Source of the DNA: Candidatus Marinacidobacterales bacterium | Lineage (GTDB): Bacteria; Acidobacteriota; Vicinamibacteria; Marinacidobacterales; DATDRI01 | Length of the DNA stretch: 64,000 bases | Assembly (NCBI GenBank): GCA_965197825.1 | Contig: CBDANW010000002.1 | Location: forward strand, 873,738 to 937,737 | Reading direction: 5' to 3' | Shown: piece by piece, positions 48,124 to 59,080 of the stretch | Layout of the letters: each line of letters opens with the position of its first letter | How positions within the stretch are numbered: the stretch's first letter is position 1 | Position numbers and translations under genes: made by a program | Notes under the pieces: model-generated | Told to the model about the DNA's origin: nothing | The model's input: only the letters and a program-made list of their open reading frames with translations | The model's database searches: none

Positions 48124-49515
48124 TTATACCGCCCCCGATGGGTGAGGGTTCTGGCTCGAGGGTCCGGAAGATCTTCCCCGGCTCCAGAGAGCCTGGACGA
48201 TCTCTTTGAATTGATCGAGATGCACGTCCATCGCGGCCATCATGTTCTTCAAGATCTTGGCGTTGAGGGTCGGATTTCTTTCCAGAAACGGCCGTATTTT
48301 TTCCTGGGAACAACGATGTAGTCTCCATCCGTTTGGGCGACGGCGGTTACCCTCGAGTTCTTGACGCCATGGACCGTCATCTCTCCGAAATGATTGCCAG
48401 GTCCAAACTTCCGGAGTCGAATGTCCTTGCCCTCGAGCTTCATTCCAACCCCGATCGTGCCCCGATGGAGGAGAACCAGTCCCGGGAACGGACTCCCTTC
48501 GCGCAAAACGAGCTCACCGGCCTTTGAACGACTTCTTCTCCGCCATGGCAAGAAAACTCCGCATCTCGTCGAAAGTGAGGTCCTGAAAAAGAACGCTCCG
48601 CTCGAAGAAGCTCATGTCTTCATCCAGAACGACCAGCCCGCCAGGGCTGCTTTGCTCGTCTGCGACCGAAGGAGAAGGAGGAGGAGGAGCCGCGCTTGGC
48701 GCGTGTTTTCCCTCTTTGAGGGCTCGGTAGCGCTCCGATACATCTTCGTAACCCAGATCCATCTCCAGAATCTTGGAATACATTTGCTTGGCTTCCTCCA
48801 GCTGGTTCGACAACTCCTGTAGCCGTGCGACTCGATAGAAGACCGGGGCGTTCTCGGAGCTGACCTGGCTGTCCTTGATGATTTCCTTGTACTTCTGAAT
48901 CGCGAGCTCCGCGAAACCCAGCTCTTCCAGAATGGGACCCAAAAGATCCACCGCTTCCGCGTATGAGGGATCGTCCGCATGCACCTTTTGAAGACACTCA
49001 AGGGCCTTCTTCTGGTCCCCCCCTTTGACGAAGGCTCGGCCGGCGAGAAAATCTTCCTGTGCCTTCGCGTAGTTGCGGGCCGCATCCAGCCATTTTTCGG
49101 ATCTCTCGGACAAAGGGGCCGCTCGGGAATAGGCTCCGCCACGCTCGAACATCTCGGCGCTCAACGCGAACTCACCGACGTTGGCATACCACTCCGCGGC
49201 GGAATCGAAGGCTCCCGCCTTCTGGTAGTTCTCGGCCGCCTCCTTCTTCATGTCCAAGGTTTCGAAGACCTGGGCGGCCTTGTAAAAGTCCTTCGTCTGC
49301 AGGAACACGTTCGCTAGCGGCTTGGCCAACTCGCCGCGGCCGGCGAAGTTCATCAGTTCATAGCCGATGTCTTCCTTGGAGCGACGATACATGTTCGCCG
49401 CGTCATCCAACTGCTGCTGTTTCAGAGAATCGATGACACCCCGGATCAGGTCTTTCTTGGAAACGACGCTTTCCTGCTGGGAAGCGAGTCCCTCTTCGAC
49501 AGTTTGAAATGGCAT
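48124..49515 (-). CDS. TPR-repeat protein with C-terminal cyclic-nucleotide-binding domain, frameshifted near 48520 and 48300
   Basis: Helical repeats ([17 protein letters not shown]), then GELVLREG...GNHFGEM...RVTAVA. Confidence 0.78.
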
Positions 49516-49620
49516 GGACCTTCTCCTTTATCCGCTAGGGCCGCTGGTTTTCGGCGCACGTGAAGAGGGAATGTTAGTTCGAACGTGCTGGGCAAGCAAC
49601 CCGCGCTAGAAACGACGGGG

Positions 49621-51762
49621 TTATCGCTCCCCACCCAGAGTCCGGAGCAGGAACGCGTAGACGTCGGCGGCTTCCTCGATCACCTTGGAGGTCGGTTTTC
49701 CGCCGCCATGTCCGGCCTTCGTCTCCACCCGAAGCAGGATGGGATGCTTCCCGGAGTCGGCCGCCTGCAGTGTCGCCACGAACTTCTTGCCGTGTGCGGG
49801 CACGACCCGATCGTCGGTGTCCGCGGTGGTCACCAGGGTCGGTGGATAGGTGCCTCCCGGCCTCACGTTGTGGAGAGGCGAGTAGGCATAAAGGAAACGG
49901 AAATGCTCCGGGCTCTCCTCGGCGTTTCCGTACTCCGGTACCCAATAACGCCCTACCGTCCATCGGTGATAGCGCAGCATGTCGGTCACCGGCACCGCGG
50001 CCACGACAGCGCCGAAAAGCTCCGGCCGCTGCAGCAGACACGCAGTGACGAGAAGGCCCCCATTCGAGCCTCCCATGATCCCGAGCCGGGACCGGCTGGT
50101 GTACTTCGCGTCGATGAGCCCTTCCGCGGCGGCAATGAAATCGTCGAAGACGTTCTGCTTCCGATCCAGCATCCCTGCCTGGTGCCATTCTTCCCCGTAC
50201 TCGTTTCCCCCGCGTAGGTTGGCGACCGCGTACACGCCTCCCCGCTCCAACCAGATGAGCCGAGATACCGAGAAGCTCGGCGTCAGGCTGATGTTGAATC
50301 CCCCGTATCCGTAGAGAATCGTCGGGTTCTCACCGTTCAACTCGAGACCGCGCCGGTGAGTCACGAACATCGATACTTGCGTCCCGTCCTTCGAGAAGTA
50401 GAAAACTTGCTTCGTTTCATATGCCGAGGGATCGAAGTCGATTTCCGGTTGACGGAACAGTCCGAGTGCCTTCTCTTCGAAGTCGTAGCGAAGTATGGCC
50501 GTTGGATACACGAAAGACGTAAAGGCAAAAAACATCTCCGTGTCGTCGGGTTCGCCCGTGACTCCCGCGATGGATCCCAGGGTAGGAAGCTCGAGCTCGT
50601 TTAGAAACTCTCCTTCCATGGAGTACAGGCGTAAGTCTTCGTGCGCATTGTGCATGTACTGAACGACGAACTGATGATTCACGATGGAAGCCGATCCGAT
50701 GACATCCTCGCCCTGCGGCAGAATCGTCACCCAGTTGCTGCGGCCAGCGTTCTCCAGATCGATGGCGATGATACGGCCGCGTGGCGCTTCGAGATCGGTG
50801 ACAAAGTAGAACGTCGAGCCATCACTGCCGATGGGCTGGTATTTCGACTCCCCCACCTCAAGCAAGCGAACAAAGTCGCCGTCATCTTCCACCTTGCGAA
50901 CGTAGATCCCGTTTCGGTCGTCGGTTCCGTGATAGACGTACAGGACAAGATACGCCCCGTCGTCCGTAATGAAAGGCTGGAACCCCAGCTCTTTCTTCTC
51001 GGGCATCTCGAAGGTGAGGACGTCTTCTTCTTGAGGGCTCCCCAGTCGATGCCAATAGACACGGCTGTAGTTGTTTTGATCTTCGGGTGGCACGGTGCCC
51101 GGCGTGGGGAATCGATTGTAGAAGAACCCACTGTTGTCGTGCTTCCATGCGATCCCGGAGAACTTGGCCCATTGAATGACCTCGTCAAAGTCGTCTCCGC
51201 GATCGATCCGGCGGATTCGAATCTCCTGCCAATCGCTGCCGCTCTGTGAGAGCCCATAAGCCAGCAGCGTTCCGTCCTCGCTGAACGCTCGGTTCGTGAT
51301 CGCCGTGGTGCCGTCCTCACTCAGCCGGTTCGGATCGATGATCTCGATCGGCTCTCCTTCCAACTCTTGGACCATATAAAGGACAGCCTGATCCTGTAGG
51401 CCATCGTTTTTCGAAAAGAAGTAGCGGTCGCCCTTCTTCCGCGGAGGCCCGTACTTCGGATAGTCCCAGAGCTCGGTGAGCCGGGCTTCGATTTCCTGCC
51501 GGGCAGAACGACTGTCGATATACTCCCGAGTGATTCTGTTCTGGGCTTCGACCCAGGCAAGGGTTTCGGCAGCGTCGGGATCCTCCATCCAACGGTAGGG
51601 GTCTGGGACCTTCGTCCCATGATAGTCCTCGACGACGTCGGCTTTGCGCGCCTCGGGATAGTTCCATTTCTTGGATTCGTTCTGCTCCGGGTAGCTTTCC
51701 GAGCTCGCCAGCGCGAGCGCGAGCAACGCCGCCACCAGCATCACAAGTACTAGGACTTTCAT
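49621..51762 (-). CDS. Prolyl oligopeptidase (S9A), exported
   Basis: DPYRWME, YGYGGF, GGSNGG, DDRV, AGH; signal peptide from ATG 51762. Confidence 0.96.
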   Translation of the reverse strand: MKVLVLVMLVAALLALALASSESYPEQNESKKWNYPEARKADVVEDYHGTKVPDPYRWMEDPDAAETLAWVEAQNRITREYIDSRSARQEIEARLTELWDYPKYGPPRKKGDRYFFSKNDGLQDQAVLYMVQELEGEPIEIIDPNRLSEDGTTAITNRAFSEDGTLLAYGLSQSGSDWQEIRIRRIDRGDDFDEVIQWAKFSGIAWKHDNSGFFYNRFPTPGTVPPEDQNNYSRVYWHRLGSPQEEDVLTFEMPEKKELGFQPFITDDGAYLVLYVYHGTDDRNGIYVRKVEDDGDFVRLLEVGESKYQPIGSDGSTFYFVTDLEAPRGRIIAIDLENAGRSNWVTILPQGEDVIGSASIVNHQFVVQYMHNAHEDLRLYSMEGEFLNELELPTLGSIAGVTGEPDDTEMFFAFTSFVYPTAILRYDFEEKALGLFRQPEIDFDPSAYETKQVFYFSKDGTQVSMFVTHRRGLELNGENPTILYGYGGFNISLTPSFSVSRLIWLERGGVYAVANLRGGNEYGEEWHQAGMLDRKQNVFDDFIAAAEGLIDAKYTSRSRLGIMGGSNGGLLVTACLLQRPELFGAVVAAVPVTDMLRYHRWTVGRYWVPEYGNAEESPEHFRFLYAYSPLHNVRPGGTYPPTLVTTADTDDRVVPAHGKKFVATLQAADSGKHPILLRVETKAGHGGGKPTSKVIEEAADVYAFLLRTLGGER

Positions 51763-51824
51763 GGGCCGCCCCCCCTTCTCTTCCATTGCTCCTGAGTCAT
51801 TATCCCGCTTCATCTTGCTTCCGG

Positions 51825-52287
51825 CCAGGAGTTTCCAGGACCAGAGTGTTTCGCGGAGGATGACGCTCTATTCCTCGGAAGAAACTCACTCGTCGGTGGT
51901 GAAAGCGGTGGAGATCTTGGTCCTGGGAAGCGAATCCTTTCGGCGAGTCGCGGTGCGTGATGATTACTCTGTGAACGCCGGTGCGCTCGCGGCGGCGATC
52001 GATGCGGATCGGAACGCTGGTCATAACCCGTTCTGTGTGATCGGGAACGCCGGTACCATCAACGCCGGAGCTTGTGACGATCTCGACCAGTTGGCCGATC
52101 TCTGCCAGAAAGAAAACCTGTGGCTTCACGTGGACGGGGCCCTTGGCGCCCTCGCCGCGCTTTCTCCCCACCTCAAAGACCGGGTCAAGGGGATGGAGCG
52201 CGCCGACTCGGTCGCTTTCGATCTGCACAAGTGGATGTACATGCCCTACGACGTGGGCTGCACGCTAGTACGGAACGAAGCCACGCA
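51825..52287 (+). pseudogene. Internal fragment of a group II PLP-dependent decarboxylase (aromatic-L-amino-acid decarboxylase-like)
   Basis: YSSEETHSSV.KA, GNAGT..G..DDL, WLHVDGA, ADSVAFDLHKW. Both ends missing. Confidence 0.88.
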
Positions 52288-53389
52288 GGGGATGTCCCGC
52301 CGGATGTTGAATTTGGGGTAGCGGCGGCTCCTTGGCCGGCCTAAGAATAGGTCTGCCAATAAACCGTCTCCAGAGGGGGACAAGGAGCCACCAATGCCTA
52401 GGAAATCGAAGAAGCCAGTAAGAAAGCAAACGCACTCGCCTACGGGCAAGGTAGTTGGCCAAGTCGGTCAGATACTGCTACCGATGATAGCTGGGATCGC
52501 GGCCACGAAGGCGGATCTGACGGAATGGGTGTACGAGCAAGGACTGACAGCTCTGCACCTACTGCTCAGAGAGGACGCCGAGGAGATCGCGGGGCTCAAG
52601 GGCAAGCACGAGAAGGAGCGAACTCATAACCACTGTGGGAGCACGAACGGAGAGCTGAGCTTCGGTGGTCGTCGCATCCAAGTGTCGCGACCTCGAGTTC
52701 GCTCGAAGTCGGGCGAGGAGGCGTCGCTTCCACACTTCGAAGCCTTCCGCGAAGAAGACCCGCTTCCAGAGCGAGTATTGAATCAGATCTTGGTGGGGGT
52801 ATCGACCCGAAATTACGAATCGAGTCTGGACAAACCCGCGGCCAAGTTGAAGTCTCGTGGCACGAGTAAGAGTGCCGCCAGCCGTCACCTCGTGAGCCAG
52901 ACGACTAAGAAGCTCGAGGAATACCTGTCTCGGCGGCTAGAGGAGTTCGAGCTTGCGGCACTGATGCTGGATGGCCTTGAGGTGGCCGGACAGACCGTCG
53001 TCGTAACTCTCGGTATCACAATAGATGGAACGAAGGTGCCCCTGGGTATATGGCTGGGCTCGACGGAGAACTCTCGGGTGTGCACCGCGATGTTGCAGGA
53101 CCTTCTCGAGCGAGGCTTGCGCGTCGATGAGTCGATTCTCTGCGTAGTGGACGGAGGCAAAGGCATCCGCAAGGCACTCGTCGACGTTTTGGGGGACCTC
53201 GCGGTCATCCAAAGGTGCCAGATCCATAAACTCCGGAATCTTCGCTCGTACCTTCCCAAGTCTCGTCACGCCTACGTGCTCCAGACGATGAAGGAAGCCT
53301 ACAAGTGCAAGAGTGCCGACAAGGCGCGCAAGCGACTTCAGGCATTGGTGTCGTGGCTCGAGCGAAACGGCTACGACGAAGCTGCCGGA
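52288..53389 (+). mobile_element. IS256-family element (transposase ATG 52394), 3'-truncated
   Basis: Left end GGGGATGTCCCG; LMLDG, VVDGGKG, QRCQIHK. Stops at YDEAAG before the third catalytic motif. Confidence 0.9.
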
Positions 53390-53675
53390 TGTGACCATCG
53401 ATCCGAAAAAGCCGGAATCACAAAGGGCGAAACGCTACTTTCTTGGAGCGTTTGGGGCAAGCCGAAGACGCCGAAGTGGCCTATAAGGCGGCGGTTTGAA
53501 GCCGCGAAGATCAATCCGGATATTGCGCCAGAGTATTACACCGGCCTACGGCCGCTTCTTGGCTTCGCAGAAGGGTCGCTCCGAAGAAGCCATCGATCAA
53601 TTCGAATTGGCGCAAATGGTGCGCGGCGAAGACCCGGCATTGCAAAAAGAGATCGCTTCGCTCTATAGCCGCATC
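53390..53675 (+). pseudogene. TPR-like protein fragment
   Basis: FLERLGQAEDAEVAYKAA... and YGRFLASQKGRSEEAIDQFELA in broken frames. Confidence 0.5.
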
Positions 53676-54380
53676 GCGGCCGCCATCACCGGCACCGACG
53701 ACGCCGGAAACGTCTCGGTCATGAGCAACATCGTCGTGGTCACGACGGCGTCAAACATTCCGACGATTCTCACGATCGACGGCAAGGCGCTCAACCCGCC
53801 GGCCCCGACCATCCCGAACCCAGTTGTCGAAACAGTGCTCACGCCCGGCACCTCGATCGTGATAACCGGGACCGGCTTCAACAATCCTCTTTTGAACCTC
53901 TTCACCGCATCGGGGAACCTGGGACCGATCGTACCGACCAGCTTTACATCTGAGAGCATCACGTTGGACGTGCCGGCAGGCGCGACCACAGGGCCGGGCT
54001 CTCTCCAAGTCGTCAACAGTCCCTACACGGGCAACGTATTGTCAGACGCGGTGTCGGTGGTCATCGGCTCGCAGGTCTCGGTCACCAATGTCTCTCAAGT
54101 GGGAAGCACGATCACCGTCACGGGGACGGGGTTCTCTACGCTATCGGTCATCAATTTCTTCAACCTCCAGGGGGGGGTGACAGTCGTCAACCTCGGTGGG
54201 ATCGATGGTTCCGGCCCGATTATTCCACTCAACTTCGTCAACGAAACGGAGTTCAGCTTCACCGTGCCGGCAGGAGCGCAGTCGGGACCGGCCTACGTTC
54301 ACGTTGTGAATCCACCCTACATCCCCTTTTCTTCGAGCGGAAATGATCCCGGTGGTGCTTTCACCTTGGTGGTTCCTTGA
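53676..54380 (+). pseudogene. C-terminal part of a surface protein: end of an FnIII-like domain plus two IPT/TIG-like domains
   Basis: TDDAGNVSVMSN; ITGTGF twice; VPAGATTGP and VPAGAQSGP. Confidence 0.7.
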
Positions 54381-54560
54381 TGAGCCAGCTCGAGCCGACT
54401 GTTGAAACACCGGTTGGGAGGCGTTCATGAAACGCGGACGGTGGATCCACGCGTCGTCACCGGTTAGGGAGACGGAAGGTGGTGGCCGTCATCTCTCGCG
54501 TGACTCCGTCACCTTAACAACCGAGCTCGGGCCCACCGGCCCTCTCGCGCAAATTTGCGC

Positions 54561-55286
54561 CTAGGTCACTCGTTTGAGAAACCCAATGGGGTTCATGGTA
54601 AAGAGGAAGCGCTCGCGGCTGGAATCAACTTCGAAGTCCTTCGTTTCGCCGAGGAAGCGATGAAGTGCCTCCATCGGGCCGGCACCATAGTCCGGCAAAA
54701 CCGGATGCCCGTTCACGTTCGTGTCCTGAACGATGAGGTAGCTTCCCTTGTTGATCATCGGACCGTAGGCCTTCAGCTCCTGGTAGACGTGCCTTTCACG
54801 ATGATCCGAGTCGAGGATCACAAGGACCTTCTTACCCCGAACCCTCTCGGCTAGCTCTGCGACGAGCTCCGGATCGGTAGAGCTCGCCTGCCGGAACTCC
54901 ACTCGCTCCTTCTATATGGCGAGCTGGGTCACGGGCTCGGGAACCTCGTTGATGTCGATGGTGATGACTTTCCCCTCCGGGTTGACTTCCTTCAGGATCA
55001 TCGCCCACAGGCAGGCACTCCCCCCGTGCCGGGTGCCGGTCTCGATGATGAAATCGGGCACCACCTCCGCGATGATCTCCTGGGTGATCCATACATCGTT
55101 GGGGTTTTGCAGCGTTTCGATCCCGAGCCACTTGCTCTTATGCTAGGTGTTGGGCCCGTTGTAGAAAATCTTATGGAATCGGTCGATGACTCCCGCATCG
55201 CTTATCTGGGGCGGCGGCACCGGCTGCGAGCACGCACACAAGATGTTGACGCAGCCGATGGCAACCAGGAACACAAGATGTCGCAT
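54561..55286 (-). pseudogene. CmcI / cephalosporin-hydroxylase-family methyltransferase with two in-frame TAG codons
   Basis: One frame: WLGIETLQNPND..I.QEII....PDFIIETGT.HGGS, VILDSDH, YLIVQDT. TAG at 55145-55143 and 54914-54912. Confidence 0.88.
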
Positions 55287-55358
55287 ATTCCTTCCCCTCA
55301 CATGCTCTGCAACATTAGAAGACGGTGATTCTATATCAACACTATATAATACCGGTCC

Positions 55359-56720
55359 ATGTGTGCATCGAAGCTCGTTCGCCGCATCGGCACGGTGACG
55401 GCCACCGCTATTGTCGTTTCCAGCATGATGGGGACGGGTATTTTCACGACGACTGGATTTCTCGCCGGCGATTTGGGTTCGCCGTTGCTCATCCTATCCA
55501 TCTGGATCGTGGGAGGCTTCATCGCGCTGGCGGGAGCGCTCTCCTACGTGGAGCTGGCGTTGAACTTTCCGCGTTCTGGGGGCGAGTACGTTTATCTTTC
55601 GGAAGCATGGGGTCCGGCATGGGGTTTCATCGACGGGTGGGTAAGCTTCTTCGCGGGCTTCGCCGCTCCCGTTGCCGCCGCGACGTTGGCCATCTCGGCC
55701 TACCTCGGCTTGAGCAACGACGGTTTCGCTCTCGAAGCCGGTCCCCTGACCGTTCACCTGGCACCGGCGCAACTCACCGCATGCACCATCGTCATCGTCT
55801 TCACGGCGCTCAACTTTCTCGGGGCTCAGGTCGTGGGAAAACTTCAGAACACGCTGACCGCCATCAAGCTCGCCGTGGTCGCCGGTTTCTTGCTACTGGG
55901 ATCCGTGATGGGCAGCGGCGACGCCGCGAACTTCACCCAACACGCGGAGCGCACATCCACGCTGCCTCTCTTCGAGCAGTTAGCCGTCAGCTTGATCTTC
56001 GTCCTGTTCGCCTACAGCGGATGGAATGCCGCGGTCTACATCGCCGAGGAGGTCAAGGATCCGGAGAGAACTTTCCCCGTCGCCCTAGCCGCCGGAACGA
56101 CACTCGTCATCATCCTGTACTTCGCCCTGAATATTCTCTTCGTCTACGGCGCTCCGCTCGAGCAACTGAAGGGAGTCATCGCGGTGGGCGCCGCGGTTGC
56201 GGGGTCTCTCTTCGGCGCCGGAACGGCGCGCTGGTTCAGCCTGGCCATGGCGTTCTCACTTCTGGCAACGGTCAATGCCATGTGCCTCGTGGGCCCCCGA
56301 GTCTATTACGCCATGGCGCAAGACCGCGCCTTCTTCCCGATGGCCGCGCGCATTCACCCGAGGTGGAAGAGTCCCTGGATAGCTGTGCTGATGCAGGGTT
56401 GCGCGAGCGTCCTTCTCATCGTCCTGCCGACCTTCCGGGGCCTGATCGTCTACATCGGGTTTACCCTCTACCTGTTCACCGCGCTATCGGTCCTGGCCCT
56501 TTTCAAATTTAGGCGCCGCCCCAACTGGAAGAGGTTCGCGTGGCTCGACCGAACGTATCCTTCCGTCCCCATCCTCTATGTGTTGATGAGCGTTTGGATC
56601 CTAGTTTTTTCCATCAAGGGTGCACCTCTCCCGTCCAGTTTCGCCCTCCTTACGGTCTTCGGGGGAGCCCTGGTCTATCACTTCTATATTTCCCGACAGC
56701 GAGTCAACACGGGGAAATGA
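55359..56720 (+). CDS. APC-family amino acid permease
   Basis: MMGTGIF, PRSGGEYVYL, FAYSGWN, EEVKDP, GPRVYYAMA. Confidence 0.93.
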   Translation: MCASKLVRRIGTVTATAIVVSSMMGTGIFTTTGFLAGDLGSPLLILSIWIVGGFIALAGALSYVELALNFPRSGGEYVYLSEAWGPAWGFIDGWVSFFAGFAAPVAAATLAISAYLGLSNDGFALEAGPLTVHLAPAQLTACTIVIVFTALNFLGAQVVGKLQNTLTAIKLAVVAGFLLLGSVMGSGDAANFTQHAERTSTLPLFEQLAVSLIFVLFAYSGWNAAVYIAEEVKDPERTFPVALAAGTTLVIILYFALNILFVYGAPLEQLKGVIAVGAAVAGSLFGAGTARWFSLAMAFSLLATVNAMCLVGPRVYYAMAQDRAFFPMAARIHPRWKSPWIAVLMQGCASVLLIVLPTFRGLIVYIGFTLYLFTALSVLALFKFRRRPNWKRFAWLDRTYPSVPILYVLMSVWILVFSIKGAPLPSSFALLTVFGGALVYHFYISRQRVNTGK

Positions 56721-56799
56721 CCTCGCCACCGAACGTCGTGGTGATGTTTTTGAGGAAGCCGGCTACCATCCGCTGTGATCAGGCCCGGCCCCCGCGCCG

Positions 56800-59059
56800 C
56801 TACGGCTGGCACGTACGATAGACGAAGATCTCCGGCAGGCTCCAGCCGGGAATCGCGTAGTCGTAACGCTGACCACCGACCCTGAATCGCAGCTGCCCGG
56901 CTTCCTCGGGCGTAAAGCGAAGGACGAAAGCCGCCTGGGAAGGATTTTCGACGAGAGTTTGGAGTAGCTCCAATTCGGTGGCGAGATCGTCCCGGTAAGG
57001 AAAAGGGCGCCAGGCACCGGCTCCGGTCCTGGCTCTGACCACGAGGTGGCGGGGGAATCGCTCGTAGGGAAACCCGAGATTGAGTCGCACCGCCGCGACC
57101 GGCTCGGTCCGGCCGAGATTCAACGTGAGACTATCACCCGGTATTTGGCGGTCCGTCTCCCACTTCGTCCGGGGATCCCGATCGATGGCCCATTCGACGG
57201 GCGCCGCGCTCGACCCTCGAAGCGTCCAGCCTTGCGGCATGATCTCATCTCCCGGTATGCACAAGCCTTCTACCTCAGGCGAGTCACCCTCCAGGATGTA
57301 GACGCGCTCACCGCCGAAGCCGAACCGTTCGTAGTCGGGGCCCTCGAGTGGAGGGAAGACTCCGGCGAGCCGAATCTCGTCTCACATCGTCTTGAGAGCG
57401 GCAAGTTTGCGACCTCGTTCCGGCTCGGGCCATAGCTGCGGGTGTACCACGATGGTTCTGACTCCCAGCCAGCGAAGCAATCCGAGAGAGTCGCGATCCG
57501 GAAAATCACGGAGCTGCCACGCCAAGTACTCCATCGCCGGCGGGTAGAAGGACGTTCGCCCGAAAACGATGGGTCTCCAATGGTGAGTCGAGTAGAACAT
57601 GTAGGCCGCATAGAACCGATGTTTGCGAAGGGGGATAAACGGGAAGCTCGACGACCGGCCCTTCCGGCGACTCCTCCGCCAACCAACGGTAGACCTCCGG
57701 CGCGTCTCGGCCGGTCGGCACGCCCACACCTCTAACGCCGCCCGAGAAGTGCTCGAAGGGCAGCACCACCAAGAACGCGATCAAAAGCCACGAAGCCGTT
57801 CTCGAGCCGACCCGGCTGAGGAGTGCCGCCGCACCATAGGCACCGACGACAGCCACCGCAAAGTTCACGAGAATCGCAATGCGCTCCGGTGACCGCAGGC
57901 CGCGGAAGAGCGGCACGTAGTCGTAAAGAACAGCGTACGCTCCCGGCCCCAAGGCCCGCCCACGTAAACAACCGGACCAAGCGAAACGATGACTCCGACG
58001 AGACCGGTCATCAAGGAAAGCCAGAGAAACGACCGGCCACCTGGGCTCTCCTTCGCGCGGGACATTCCGACAGCCAATCCAAACAGCAGCAGGAACAGCG
58101 CTCCGAAACCGATGAAGTGCCGCGTGACACTTGGCTTGATGTTGAAGTCGATCCAAAAGGAGAACAGGGTTCCCTCGGGGGGCCTGACGTAGTCGAGCAG
58201 ATCCAACCCTTCCGCCAGGGACCTTTGATAACCGAACGCCGCGAACATTTCGAGGTACGGCAGAGCGAAGACGCCGAGCACGATTCCGGCAACGAACAAC
58301 GCAACGCTCACCTTCCCTAGGCCGCGGACCGCGCCTGATGCTATTGCCCCTTTCGCCCGTTTCGCCCACAGGTAAACTCCCGGGATCCACAGCAACAGCA
58401 TCATGGAGAAGTAGATCAGATAGTAGGTGCAAGACAGACCCTGTAGGAGAAAGAACAATCCAAAGAGAGCGGCGTCCTTGAAACGCCCCGAGCGGAAAAC
58501 ACGGTAGAGAAAGAGGACGGCCAACGGCCACCATTGAATGCTCTGTACCTGAAATCGCGGAACCTCCTGCAGTGTGTAGCTGTGAAACGCGTACAGCAGT
58601 CCACCGATGAGCGCCGCATCCCGGTGGCCCACCATCTCGCGGAGCAACAGAAACATCGCCCAGCCCGAAAGGGCGAGGGCAAGGAAGACGGCAATGTTTC
58701 GCGCCAAGAGGGCGTTTCCGCTCAGTAGATAGATGGGCCCGACCATCAAGGCCTCGACGGTCAAGTGCTCGGAGAAAGCGAGTGAGGTCGGATAGGGATA
58801 GGGATAGGGATAGGGATAGGGATAGGAGGCGTTCGATTCGAAGAGCTGAAACGGGTTCGTCGTCAGCTGATGCACGACCCAAGCCAGGATCCACGAAATG
58901 TGAAGCGGATCGCCTTCGTTCGCGGCCTGGCTGGCCGGACTGAGCGACAGTGGTGCGGTGAAGATGAATGCGACGGCGAGGAAGAAACCAAATGCGAGCA
59001 GGGCTTCCCGTATTTCCGGAGCGGCGAAGCGCGAACGGAGATCCAATAGGCTGCTCCAA
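56800..59059 (-). CDS. Multi-pass membrane protein (GT-C/YfhO-like) with C-terminal discoidin/F5-8-like domain; several frameshifts
   Basis: GDP...WILAW..HQL...LF..N..YP...LAFSEH, FRGLRSPER, VYRWL...PVVELP, HWRPIV.G..SF.P, AID.D..T.W. Confidence 0.7.
58790..58825 (+). repeat. Perfect hexanucleotide microsatellite (GGATAG)6, encoding (YP)6 on the minus strand
   Basis: Read directly from the sequence. Confidence 0.95.
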
Positions 59060-59080
59060 AATGAGCCGCGGCTAGCGACG

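Noticed and set aside
48092..48328. N-terminal extension of FumC
   Set aside because: It overlaps the end of the TPR-cNMP gene in another frame; FumC homology begins at [11 protein letters not shown].
54463..54518. attC site or IS end (imperfect 14-bp inverted repeat GTTAGGGAGACGGA / TCCGTCACCTTAAC)
   Set aside because: The GTT/AAC order is opposite to attC and there is no TSD; probably a hairpin between convergent genes.
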